A stretch of 64,000 nucleotides of DNA, taken from the NCBI GenBank assembly GCA_007375725.1, contig VMEV01000007.1, forward strand, positions 22,895 through 86,894, read 5' to 3'. The notes beneath the pieces are model-generated. The model was not told where the DNA came from, did not search any database, and saw only the letters and a program-made list of their open reading frames with translations. The translations under genes were made by a program, and so were the position numbers. Of the stretch, positions 17,768 to 26,104 are shown one piece after another. The DNA comes from Parcubacteria group bacterium Greene0416_36 (GTDB lineage Bacteria; Patescibacteriota; Patescibacteriia; VMEV01). Positions within the stretch are counted from its first letter, which is position 1. Every line of letters starts with the position of its first letter.

Positions 17768-18874
17768 TTAAATCCTTGGCACCCACATATTCCCCGGATG
17801 CGACCAGATAAAAAATTCCAATTCTCCGCCAAAGGCGGATCCGCCTTTGGCGGGAGGCTCGGATAACTTTTTAAAATACAATTTCTCTCCACGAGCGTCA
17901 GTTCTTCGAAATAATATAATATCCGATTCCATCCCTATTATTTCACCCTCTCCCAATGAAGAAAGCTCATTATTAGAAAGAGCGATCTTTTGAATTTCCC
18001 ATTGCCCCGAAGACGAAGAAAATTGAGAATAGATAATACCTGTCCCCGTCTCGTCCCAAAAAATATTGCCGATCAAGGGAAGATCATTGGTATTTTCCCA
18101 CAAAAGTTTTTCCTCTCCGGTGGAAAGATCCACCCAGACTAAAGCGACAGTGTGTTCCCCTCGAACCGAAGCGACATATCCATTCATTCCAGGAGCCATA
18201 TAAATTCGAGCGGAAGTGCCGTTTTGAAAAGTGGATTTCCATGTCTGGGCTACTTTTTGGCTCTCCAAATCAAAAATATTTAGAATTCCTTCTAACCCTC
18301 CACCCGCCGAGACATGATCGAAAAATAATTTTTTGCCGTCCGAAGAAAGGGCTAAAACCGATAGGTCTCGAGCGATGGAGTCCGCACTATACAAAACTTC
18401 CTTTTCGCCGGAAACAATGTCTAGCCGAACCAAATCCGAACGATTTTGAGTAGTCTCTCCCTCATCAATAGACACTAATTGAGAATAAAAAACCAAACCC
18501 GATACCGGAGAAGCCACAAAAGAAGGATTAGATAATTCATGGGCTAAAATTGTCTCGCCCAGAGCGCGATTGTAAGCCACCAGTTCGATATTTCGCTCCG
18601 GACTATATCGGGTATAAAATATCGATCCCGTATCAGCGATATAAACACTAGAAAGAGGCGTCTGGGTGATGGAATCTACAAATACGGTCCCACCGGCAGA
18701 ATTAAGACTGGCAAAACGCGCGCCGCCATCGGCCTCGTTCCACGAAACAATCAACCGGTTAGCCCAAAAAGGCCCTTCCCAGGTGTCTTTCTTCCAAAAC
18801 CATACAAGAAAGAGGGCGGCGATGGATCCGACAATGAGCATGATCAAAATATGTAGGTAATGACGCGCTTTCAT
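17768..18874 (-). CDS. membrane-anchored beta-propeller (TolB/PD40-like) protein
   Basis: TM anchor HILIMLIVGSIAALFLVWFW after the ATG at 18872-18874. Repetitive beta-strand-rich segments with the G-x-hydrophobic patterns of PD40/WD-like blades. The fold call is tentative. Confidence 0.5.
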   Translation of the reverse strand: MKARHYLHILIMLIVGSIAALFLVWFWKKDTWEGPFWANRLIVSWNEADGGARFASLNSAGGTVFVDSITQTPLSSVYIADTGSIFYTRYSPERNIELVAYNRALGETILAHELSNPSFVASPVSGLVFYSQLVSIDEGETTQNRSDLVRLDIVSGEKEVLYSADSIARDLSVLALSSDGKKLFFDHVSAGGGLEGILNIFDLESQKVAQTWKSTFQNGTSARIYMAPGMNGYVASVRGEHTVALVWVDLSTGEEKLLWENTNDLPLIGNIFWDETGTGIIYSQFSSSSGQWEIQKIALSNNELSSLGEGEIIGMESDIILFRRTDARGEKLYFKKLSEPPAKGGSAFGGELEFFIWSHPGNMWVPRI

Positions 18875-18881
18875 AAGAAAT

Positions 18882-20633
18882 TTAAATTCGGCCAAACATT
18901 TTTTCCAACTGCTGCCATTGTAGTAGAACCGACACGGGGCGTCCATGCGGGCAGGAAAATAAATTAAAGCGTTCTAAGTCGCCAAGCAGGGACTCCATTT
19001 CTGGAAATGTAAGCGAGTGATTGAATTTCACGGACCCTCGGCAAGAGGCGATTTTATAAAGATGATCGAGCTTGGCCTCCAGCGATCCCAAACGAGACCA
19101 ATCCGAGTCAAGCACATCTTTCGTCACTTCGAGCAGCAATTCCCCTGGATCTTTCCGCGATAATTGATAGGGCACTCCCAAGATCCGAACCGTGCCCGAA
19201 CCAAATTCTTCGACCACGAAACCGCTTTCCGCCAATAATGGCAGGTTCTCCACAATCCAGCTGAATTCAGACGCCCCCAAATGGAGCACTTTTGGAATGA
19301 GCAGGTTCTGTATTTTATCTTGGCTGACCCGAGATTTCAATTTCTCATAAAGGACACGCTCGGCCGCGGCATGCTGGTCGACCATCAAAATTCCCTCATT
19401 ATTTTCAGCGATAATGTAGGAATTGCGTATCTGGCCTATTACTTTGCAGATGAATCGGCCAGAACCCCCCTCAGTAATACCAGGAGTTGCTGAATCAGAA
19501 CGAAATACATTTTGAGAAAACTGAGTCTTGGAAAATATTTTTTCAAAAATGGGAAAAGATTGCAGAGACACGAAACGAGGACCTTCAAATTCCTCGGCCG
19601 AAGTGTCCCCTTCCACCACTTTCCCCGCCACAGGCAATAATCCGCTCCGAGCCAAAGTGTCCTGTACCACCCGATACACACAACGATACACCTGCTCGGT
19701 ATACTTGAATCGCACCTCGATTTTTCGCGGGTGGACATTGGCGTCCACCCAGTCCGGACGCATATCGAGGCGCAAAACGAAAACAGGAAAACGATCATGG
19801 GGCATATTGACCCCATATGCCTCCTTGATAATGGCGGCAATGCGGTAGTCCGATACCCAGCGGCCATTGATATACAAAAATTGTTTCCGGCGATTGAAGG
19901 CACCGGAAGTAGGCCGGCAAATAAAGCCACCCACGCGGACCTCATATTTACCGGAATTACAGCCCACCATATCCTCGGCACCCGGCCCCAAAATATCCGC
20001 TACCCTCTGACGCCAATCAGGCGTTCTCTTCCAATCAAACAATTTCTTTTTATTGTAAGTAAATGAAAAAGCAGAGTCAGGACGAAGAAGCCCGGCCTGA
20101 GTAATGACTTCCACCAAACGCAAATATTCCGTACCCACACTTTTGAGGAATTTTCGGCGAGCTGGAATATTGTAAAACAAATCAGCAATGGTAACAGAAG
20201 TTCCTGGTGCACAAGCGGACGGCTCGATATCCCATGAGTTCGACTCATCCGTTTTTTTGTGCAGACGCGCACCCTCCCTCTCGCCGTTTTGTTTGGACTC
20301 GATTGTAAAACGCGACACCGCGGAAATGCTGGCCAAAGCCTCCCCCCGGAAACCATAGGACAGAAGGGTGTCAAAATCCTCGATCTTGGAAATTTTGCTG
20401 GTAGAGTGGGGGAAGATACTCATAGCAAGATCTTCTCGGTCCATACCAGATCCGTCATCCACCACGCGAAGAAAATTGATTCCACCCTCTTCGGCTTCGA
20501 CCGATATAGTCTCGGCCCCGGCATCAAGCGAATTCTCGATTAATTCTTTGAGAGCCGAAGCGGGCCGCTCCACCACTTCCCCGGCCGCGATTTTATTGAC
20601 AAGGTCCTCCGATAATATCTTTATCTTAGGCAT
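18882..20633 (-). CDS. mutL: DNA mismatch repair protein MutL
   Basis: GHKL ATPase N-terminus IAAGEVVERPASALKELIENSLDAGA...VVDDGSGM. 583 aa. Confidence 0.9.
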   Translation of the reverse strand: MPKIKILSEDLVNKIAAGEVVERPASALKELIENSLDAGAETISVEAEEGGINFLRVVDDGSGMDREDLAMSIFPHSTSKISKIEDFDTLLSYGFRGEALASISAVSRFTIESKQNGEREGARLHKKTDESNSWDIEPSACAPGTSVTIADLFYNIPARRKFLKSVGTEYLRLVEVITQAGLLRPDSAFSFTYNKKKLFDWKRTPDWRQRVADILGPGAEDMVGCNSGKYEVRVGGFICRPTSGAFNRRKQFLYINGRWVSDYRIAAIIKEAYGVNMPHDRFPVFVLRLDMRPDWVDANVHPRKIEVRFKYTEQVYRCVYRVVQDTLARSGLLPVAGKVVEGDTSAEEFEGPRFVSLQSFPIFEKIFSKTQFSQNVFRSDSATPGITEGGSGRFICKVIGQIRNSYIIAENNEGILMVDQHAAAERVLYEKLKSRVSQDKIQNLLIPKVLHLGASEFSWIVENLPLLAESGFVVEEFGSGTVRILGVPYQLSRKDPGELLLEVTKDVLDSDWSRLGSLEAKLDHLYKIASCRGSVKFNHSLTFPEMESLLGDLERFNLFSCPHGRPVSVLLQWQQLEKMFGRI

Positions 20634-20694
20634 AGATGTGTTTTATTTCTCATTCCCACGCTAGCTTAAAAAAAGAAAAAATAAAAACAAAAAA

Positions 20695-20722
20695 GTAAGG
20701 GCTCAGAATTCTGAGCCCTTAC
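20695..20722. terminator. bidirectional terminator of the GTAAGGGC family (GTAAGGGCTCAGAATTCTGAGCCCTTAC)
   Basis: Perfect palindrome flanked by an A-run and a T-run, between mutL and the downstream gene. Confidence 0.65.
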
Positions 20723-20743
20723 TTTTTTGTTTTTAGTCTATCT

Positions 20744-22516
20744 TCACTGCTTAGCAACAATCACCTTGCCATAGAGAGCCGAGGCAGGCACCGCGGCAAT
20801 GATGAAATCATCTCTTCGGTAGAAAATCTCAGCCCATGCCGAGCCGACTTTGACTCCGCCCTTGGATCCGAAATTCTTGCCGTGAATATAGATAATGCCT
20901 TTGTTTTCATTGCCGATTTTCCTGGTCATGCGTTCGAACTTACTGATTTGAACTTTCGTAATTGCCTTAACAAGAGGTTTCACCGCGGTATTTTTCACCG
21001 GAGGTGTAACCTTTGAAGGAACAGAAGTAGCGCTCTCTTTGATCGTTTCTCCGCTGACCGCAATCTTATGATTGATCGTCACTTGTCCGCTGGCATAATT
21101 ACCTACCACGAGCTGAACGCGAGAAGCATCAGGGGTCGTGAGGTTGACCGATACCAGCTCTCCCAAACTGGAAAGACGATTGTTGGTAGCGATAATCTTT
21201 TCCACTAGCAAACCATTATTATTATAAATCTCAATAGTTTTATTCTGTCCGCTGGGACCAAAGCCATAGCCATAAATCTTAAGCACCTTATTTTCACTGG
21301 AAGATTGCGTCACAACCGGTGACAAGATAATGGAATTCGACACGACACTCGTCTGGCGAATCAAATTCTCGCCCACTAATTGGTCAGTTCCCAACCGGAT
21401 CTCTCCGCTCGTGGTTCCCATAGGCAAGGTGACAGATACCTGGTCTCGATTTAGAGAAACAGAATCCACAGGCTGGCGGATCACGATATTCTCTCCAGAC
21501 AAAGTGACTGCTGGAAATTCGACGAAAATATCTTTTTTATTGGCCGAAATACCGGAAACTTCCAAGTTGATTTTGGCACCTACTCCCAAAGTGGAACGAA
21601 ACACATTATTGCCCAACTTGGGTTTGATCATCAAAAAAATAGAATTGGAATCTAATTCTGCTACGGATAATTTGAGTAATCCCGTCCGAGTATTGGCAGG
21701 CAATTTCACTCTGACTTCGCTCTCAGAGATAACTTTGGCGTCCAGAGCCATCTCTTTGTTTTCACCTTTATCCCCATAAACTGGAATCGTGACAATAACG
21801 CGGTCTCCCACAGCCACGCCAGTTACAGCTAAAGAAATTTCATCTCCCGCATTAGCAGTGACGCTCTGGGTCGCAATCACAGGAACCGCGACATAAAATA
21901 AATCTACTTGATCAAATAATACTTGAGTAAAAATAGGAGCAAACCCCATGTTAAATACCAAGGTCGCTGAGGTGGAAGGAGTGGAATCAAATACATATTT
22001 ATACTCTTTCCATTCTTGAGTGATATCAAATTCTTGATATAAACCAAGACCTTTATAGGGGTCAAAGGTCTCATTGAGACTCACGCTCGAACCAAACTTG
22101 GCGGAGGAACGGGCCCAAAAACGAAGCATCATTTTTCCGGAATCCACACTCAAAACATAGCGGGGGTCTCCGGTTGTCTGCAAATTCGTTTTCCAAATGA
22201 CATCCTGAGCTTCTCCGGGAATAATCACACGTAAAGCGCTTTTATTCTCTACGATAGGCGCGATATCTCCAAATTCATACTGGAGCACAACCTCGCGCCG
22301 AGGCACAGTATTGCCGCAATTAATAGGATATCCTGTTTGCTGAACTTGAGTCACGGAACATCCAAAAGACCAAAAATCCCAAAACTCAATCCCTTTATCA
22401 AAGGATCCATTTCGAAGAATATTGGCAGATCGGGCTTCGGACGGCATTGGAACCGAAATAAATAATCCAGCAGCAATAACACCCAGAGCCAGCTGTAAAC
22501 TGATAAAATGCTTCAT
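20744..22516 (-). CDS. secreted protein with IPT/TIG-like Ig repeats
   Basis: Signal peptide MKHFISLQLALGVIAAGLFISVPMPSEA. Several repeats of about 80 aa, of the type ...VSGISANKKDIFVEFPAVTLSGENIVIRQ... and ...KIYGYGFGPSGQNKTIEIYNNNG... Confidence 0.5.
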   Translation of the reverse strand: MKHFISLQLALGVIAAGLFISVPMPSEARSANILRNGSFDKGIEFWDFWSFGCSVTQVQQTGYPINCGNTVPRREVVLQYEFGDIAPIVENKSALRVIIPGEAQDVIWKTNLQTTGDPRYVLSVDSGKMMLRFWARSSAKFGSSVSLNETFDPYKGLGLYQEFDITQEWKEYKYVFDSTPSTSATLVFNMGFAPIFTQVLFDQVDLFYVAVPVIATQSVTANAGDEISLAVTGVAVGDRVIVTIPVYGDKGENKEMALDAKVISESEVRVKLPANTRTGLLKLSVAELDSNSIFLMIKPKLGNNVFRSTLGVGAKINLEVSGISANKKDIFVEFPAVTLSGENIVIRQPVDSVSLNRDQVSVTLPMGTTSGEIRLGTDQLVGENLIRQTSVVSNSIILSPVVTQSSSENKVLKIYGYGFGPSGQNKTIEIYNNNGLLVEKIIATNNRLSSLGELVSVNLTTPDASRVQLVVGNYASGQVTINHKIAVSGETIKESATSVPSKVTPPVKNTAVKPLVKAITKVQISKFERMTRKIGNENKGIIYIHGKNFGSKGGVKVGSAWAEIFYRRDDFIIAAVPASALYGKVIVAKQ

Positions 22517-22704
22517 ATGTTAATGATATCTATTATCTCGCCAGTAGGCGGATCCGCATAGGGTATGGCGGAAAAAATAAGAATAGATATATATATCATA
22601 TTTAATAGAAAAAGGCAACCTAGCCAATAATTATCTGCTAATGATAGACAAAAGCCGCCTCTGGGCAAGAGACGGCAAACCAAATCATTCTGAAATGCCC
22701 AAAT

Positions 22705-23802
22705 TTAAATCACAAAATCTTGCCCCTGTACTTCATAGTAAGCTTCTCCTCTGGAATCAAAGCAATCACGCTCTCCCAAAGACATTATCTGGCAGAATTT
22801 ATAATCCAGACCATCGGTCTTGAGAAGATAATCATAAAGAATATTCGTTTCCGGATCTCTCGGTAATATAGGCAAATAGGTTGGAACCAGTTCGTCAAAG
22901 GTGGGGGGAAATACGCCCTCATGATCCAGAGAATAATGATTCAGGGCTGCTGCTAGAATGGCACGATGCTCCAAACGCAAAGCGTCCTCTACCTTGCCAT
23001 CACGGAACAACACCGATAGAAGAAAGATGAAGCCAAGAATCACAACCGCAGAAAATCCTACAAAAAAACCAATAATCCACTTTAGAATTTTGGATTCCAC
23101 CGCGCTGACTGAGCCTCCAGATCTGGAGAGATCTTCGTAAACCAAACAAAGATAAATCAAAGCAATCACCCCTAGAATCCAGCCAAGAATAGACACACAA
23201 ACTTCTGCAACAAAAAATATCCACGACTCTGCCGCAAAGAAATCCGGAATAAACTCCAAACCGACACTCAATATAATAAAAGGGATGAAAAAAATACAAA
23301 AATGCCAAACGACCCGCCAAAATTGCGTCCGGATATAACCAAAAGCCGTTATCATTGATTCCAGAGGAGATTTACCTTCCCGAATAAATACGGGAATCGA
23401 CAAAGCTCCCCACATAGCAAACAAAATCCCGGGGAAAATCAAAAAGAAAAATCCCCCGGCAACAAAAAAATTGAGCAAAATCAAAGTAAAAAAAATAAAA
23501 ACCAATAACTGCTTCCAATCGAATTGAAATAAAGTACCTCGAGAAGATAGTGAAATTCTATAAAAATTCAGCTGGGTCCATGACCCCAAAAGCAGGAGAA
23601 CTAAAAATCCGAAAAAAATCGCACCTACCTTGCCATAAAATCCCAATCCAGAACCTAAAATCCAAGGATAGAGAATATGTAAATAAATGAGAGAAGCACC
23701 GAAAATCGGCAAAGAAATAAGTAAATATTTCAAAAAGTTGGTTTTGAAAAACCGGATAGCATCGACCAAAAGAGTCCAGGCCCCGCGGAATTCATATTGC
23801 AT
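22705..23802 (-). CDS. polytopic membrane protein, hypothetical
   Basis: 365 aa with at least 8 predicted TM helices and a soluble C-terminal tail. Confidence 0.55.
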   Translation of the reverse strand: MQYEFRGAWTLLVDAIRFFKTNFLKYLLISLPIFGASLIYLHILYPWILGSGLGFYGKVGAIFFGFLVLLLLGSWTQLNFYRISLSSRGTLFQFDWKQLLVFIFFTLILLNFFVAGGFFFLIFPGILFAMWGALSIPVFIREGKSPLESMITAFGYIRTQFWRVVWHFCIFFIPFIILSVGLEFIPDFFAAESWIFFVAEVCVSILGWILGVIALIYLCLVYEDLSRSGGSVSAVESKILKWIIGFFVGFSAVVILGFIFLLSVLFRDGKVEDALRLEHRAILAAALNHYSLDHEGVFPPTFDELVPTYLPILPRDPETNILYDYLLKTDGLDYKFCQIMSLGERDCFDSRGEAYYEVQGQDFVI

Positions 23803-23862
23803 AAGATGATTTTAAATTGATTCCCCCTCATCCAAAACTTTTCTCATAGTAACAGAGTTTAT

Positions 23863-23891
23863 TGACAAAATAAACCTTTTTTCATAATATT
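23863..23891 (+). promoter_or_regulatory. sigma70-like promoter TTGACA-N17-TAATAT upstream of rpsP
   Basis: Hexamers at 23863-23868 and 23886-23891. Confidence 0.45.
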
Positions 23892-23925
23892 ACCCCGTAA
23901 TCATAAACTCTATCATTTAAAGACT

Positions 23926-24321
23926 ATGCTCTGCATCAAACTTTCCCGACGCGGGAAGAACAAACAGCCTACCTACCGACTCGTTGTGACCGAAAAACAA
24001 AGAGATCCTTTTGGCGATGTCTTGGAAACCCTTGGAAACTATAACCCAAGAGCCAAAGGCACTCAATACTCTTTGGATGCCGAACGGATCACCTACTGGA
24101 TTTCCAAAGGTGCCCAACCCTCTGACACCGTTCACAATCTACTCGTTACCGCCGGAATCATCAAGGAAAAGAAGCGAAATGTCTCTTCCCTGACCAAGGC
24201 CATCCGCGAAGAGAGAAAGAAAGTCGCGGACGCTGAGGCAGCAGCTAAAAAAGCAGCTGCAGCTCCAAAAGCCGAGGCAGTTAAACCTGAAGAGAAGAAA
24301 GATGAGGCGCCAAAGGCTTAA
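23926..24321 (+). CDS. rpsP: 30S ribosomal protein S16 with a Lys/Ala-rich C-terminal extension
   Basis: MLCIKLSRRGKNKQPTYRLVVTEKQRDPFGDVLETLGNYNP matches the bS16 N-terminus. The tail AAAKKAAAAPKAEAVKPEEKKDEAPKA is an extension. Confidence 0.85.
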   Translation: MLCIKLSRRGKNKQPTYRLVVTEKQRDPFGDVLETLGNYNPRAKGTQYSLDAERITYWISKGAQPSDTVHNLLVTAGIIKEKKRNVSSLTKAIREERKKVADAEAAAKKAAAAPKAEAVKPEEKKDEAPKA

Positions 24322-24350
24322 AATGGATTTTCACATGACAAATAAAAAGG

Positions 24351-24392
24351 TAAGGGCGGTCCGATGTAACGTCGGACCGCCCTTATTTTTTA
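24351..24392 (+). terminator. terminator of the GTAAGGGC family after rpsP (TAAGGGCGGTCCGATGTAACGTCGGACCGCCCTTA plus a T-run)
   Basis: Long GC stem followed by TTTTTTATTT. Confidence 0.7.
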
Positions 24393-24606
24393 TTTGTATT
24401 CCTGAAAAATCGGGAGTTGACTTTCTGAGTCCCTTAACCTATACTTGTTAAAGATAACAAGGTATCCGATTGGATATTTTGCTTCAATCACCTTGTAAAC
24501 ATGTTATCTTTCTTCGATTAAGGAACCCTGTCTACGGGTTTCTTTTTATTTCCAATAATATCAAATTCAAATAAGCGTTAAGCATTTTCAAAAATGCTAC
24601 AAACAA

Positions 24607-24660
24607 CAAATCCCCCTCAGTCCCCCTTTGACAAGGGGGAGGCTGCTACTCCCTCCCTTG
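24607..24660. repeat. GC-rich hairpin repeat, copy B
   Basis: CAAATCCCCCTCAGTCCCCCTTTGACAAGGGGGAGGCTGCTACTCCCTCCCTTG. Same core and flanks as copy A. Intergenic between rpsP and tyrS. Confidence 0.8.
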
Positions 24661-24720
24661 TTAAATTTGGTATAAAAAACTGTCCCAACAAAGGACAATT
24701 TTTTAAGATAAAACAAAATT

Positions 24721-25923
24721 CTAAATACGAACACTCAAAAAATGTATCTTCCCTTTCTGCAATACAACCCCCGACTTTGGAATTTCAATCAGCTCCTCTT
24801 TAGTCTCAATCACCCGATCATCAATTTTCACGCCTTTTTGTTCGATGAGGCGCTTGGCTTCAGCCTTGCTGGCGGCTAATCTCGAGGTGACGAGAAGATC
24901 TACAATTCCGATGGACGGCTTGCCGACATGAAACACATCCATTTCCGTGGGCTTATGTCCCTGGCTGAACATGGATTTGAATTCCGCTTCGGCACGATCA
25001 GCTTCAGCCATGCCATAGTACTGGCGCACGAGTTCATGTGCCAAACGAATTTTTGAATCGCGTGGATTGGCACCTTTTTTCATGTCCGTCTCCATTTGCC
25101 GAACCTCCTCCATCGGCATGCGGGTGCATAATTCAAGTGCGGGCACGATCATCCCGTCAGGCCAAGACATGACCTTGCCAAACATATCCTTGGGGTTGTC
25201 CAAAAGGGACACCATATTCCCTTCGGTCTTGCCCATTTTTTTGCCGTCGGAATCCGTCAAAATTCTCAAGGCCACAATAAACTTTTCTTTACCTTTGAAA
25301 ATCTTCATCAAATCACGCCCCACCAACATATTGAAGGTCTGGTCATTGCCGCCAATCTCGCCGTCCACATCCATGGCCACCGAGTCATAACCCTGCATGA
25401 GGGGATAAAAAAATTCGTGAAGATAAATAGGCTTGGCCTCTTCCATTCTCTTTTGGAACATGTCCCGCTCCATCATTTGCTGGGCCGTAAAGTTAGAAGC
25501 TAATTTCAAAACATCTTCAAAATTTAGTTTTGAAAGCCAATCGCCATTGTACCGAATCTCGGCCGGGTTATGGCCGGAAAAATCGAGAAATTTGCTCGCC
25601 TCTTCACGATAATGCATGGCATTGGCGACCACTTGTTCTTTCGTGAGCTGGGTTCTCGTCGCGGCTTTGTCGCTCGGGTCGCCGATCATGGCCGTGAAAG
25701 ACCCGATAAGAAAAATGACTTTATGTCCTAATTTTTGAAAATCTGCGAGCTTTTGGAGCTGAATCACATGCCCCAAATGCAAGGTCGGCCCCGTCGGATC
25801 AAACCCTGCATATAAAGTCAGAATCTTGCCCTCCGCCAACCGCGCGGCTAGAAAATCATGCGCCGGAAATATTTTCTCGACACCTCGGGTTAAGACTTGT
25901 TCGATGAGTTGTTTTTTATCCAT
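24721..25923 (-). CDS. tyrS: tyrosyl-tRNA synthetase
   Basis: HIGH motif (TLHLGHV), KMSKS-type (KMGKTEGN), and a C-terminal S4 RNA-binding domain (DLLVTSRLAASKAEAKRLIEQKGVKIDD). Confidence 0.9.
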   Translation of the reverse strand: MDKKQLIEQVLTRGVEKIFPAHDFLAARLAEGKILTLYAGFDPTGPTLHLGHVIQLQKLADFQKLGHKVIFLIGSFTAMIGDPSDKAATRTQLTKEQVVANAMHYREEASKFLDFSGHNPAEIRYNGDWLSKLNFEDVLKLASNFTAQQMMERDMFQKRMEEAKPIYLHEFFYPLMQGYDSVAMDVDGEIGGNDQTFNMLVGRDLMKIFKGKEKFIVALRILTDSDGKKMGKTEGNMVSLLDNPKDMFGKVMSWPDGMIVPALELCTRMPMEEVRQMETDMKKGANPRDSKIRLAHELVRQYYGMAEADRAEAEFKSMFSQGHKPTEMDVFHVGKPSIGIVDLLVTSRLAASKAEAKRLIEQKGVKIDDRVIETKEELIEIPKSGVVLQKGKIHFLSVRI

Positions 25924-25953
25924 AATTTTTTTTAAACCATCATCTTAATAGTA

Positions 25954-26062
25954 CTGTCATTGCGAGACCCGCCGACTTAGGCGGGGCGTGGCAATCTCAT
26001 GGCAGTACCTCCGACATGAGATTGCTTCGCCTCCGCTAAAACGCGAATTCTCGCGATGACAG
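25954..26062. repeat. structured repeat of about 110 nt, copy 1; candidate MITE or ncRNA
   Basis: Terminal inverted repeats CTGTCATTGCGAG...CTCGCGATGACAG. Internal inverted repeat ATCTCATG...CATGAGAT. Shares CCAATCTCA, ATGAGATTGCTTC and CCGCTAARACGCG with 56766..56878. Confidence 0.6.
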
Positions 26063-26104
26063 TTTCAGTCAGGGCTGTTATCTAAAAAGCTAATGCCTAA
26101 TAGC

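Noticed and set aside
25954-26062. T-box leader regulating tyrS
   Set aside because: No T-box consensus (AGGGUGGNACCGCG) and no specifier-loop architecture could be identified. The second copy lies upstream of a non-aminoacyl-tRNA-synthetase gene (MBL hydrolase).
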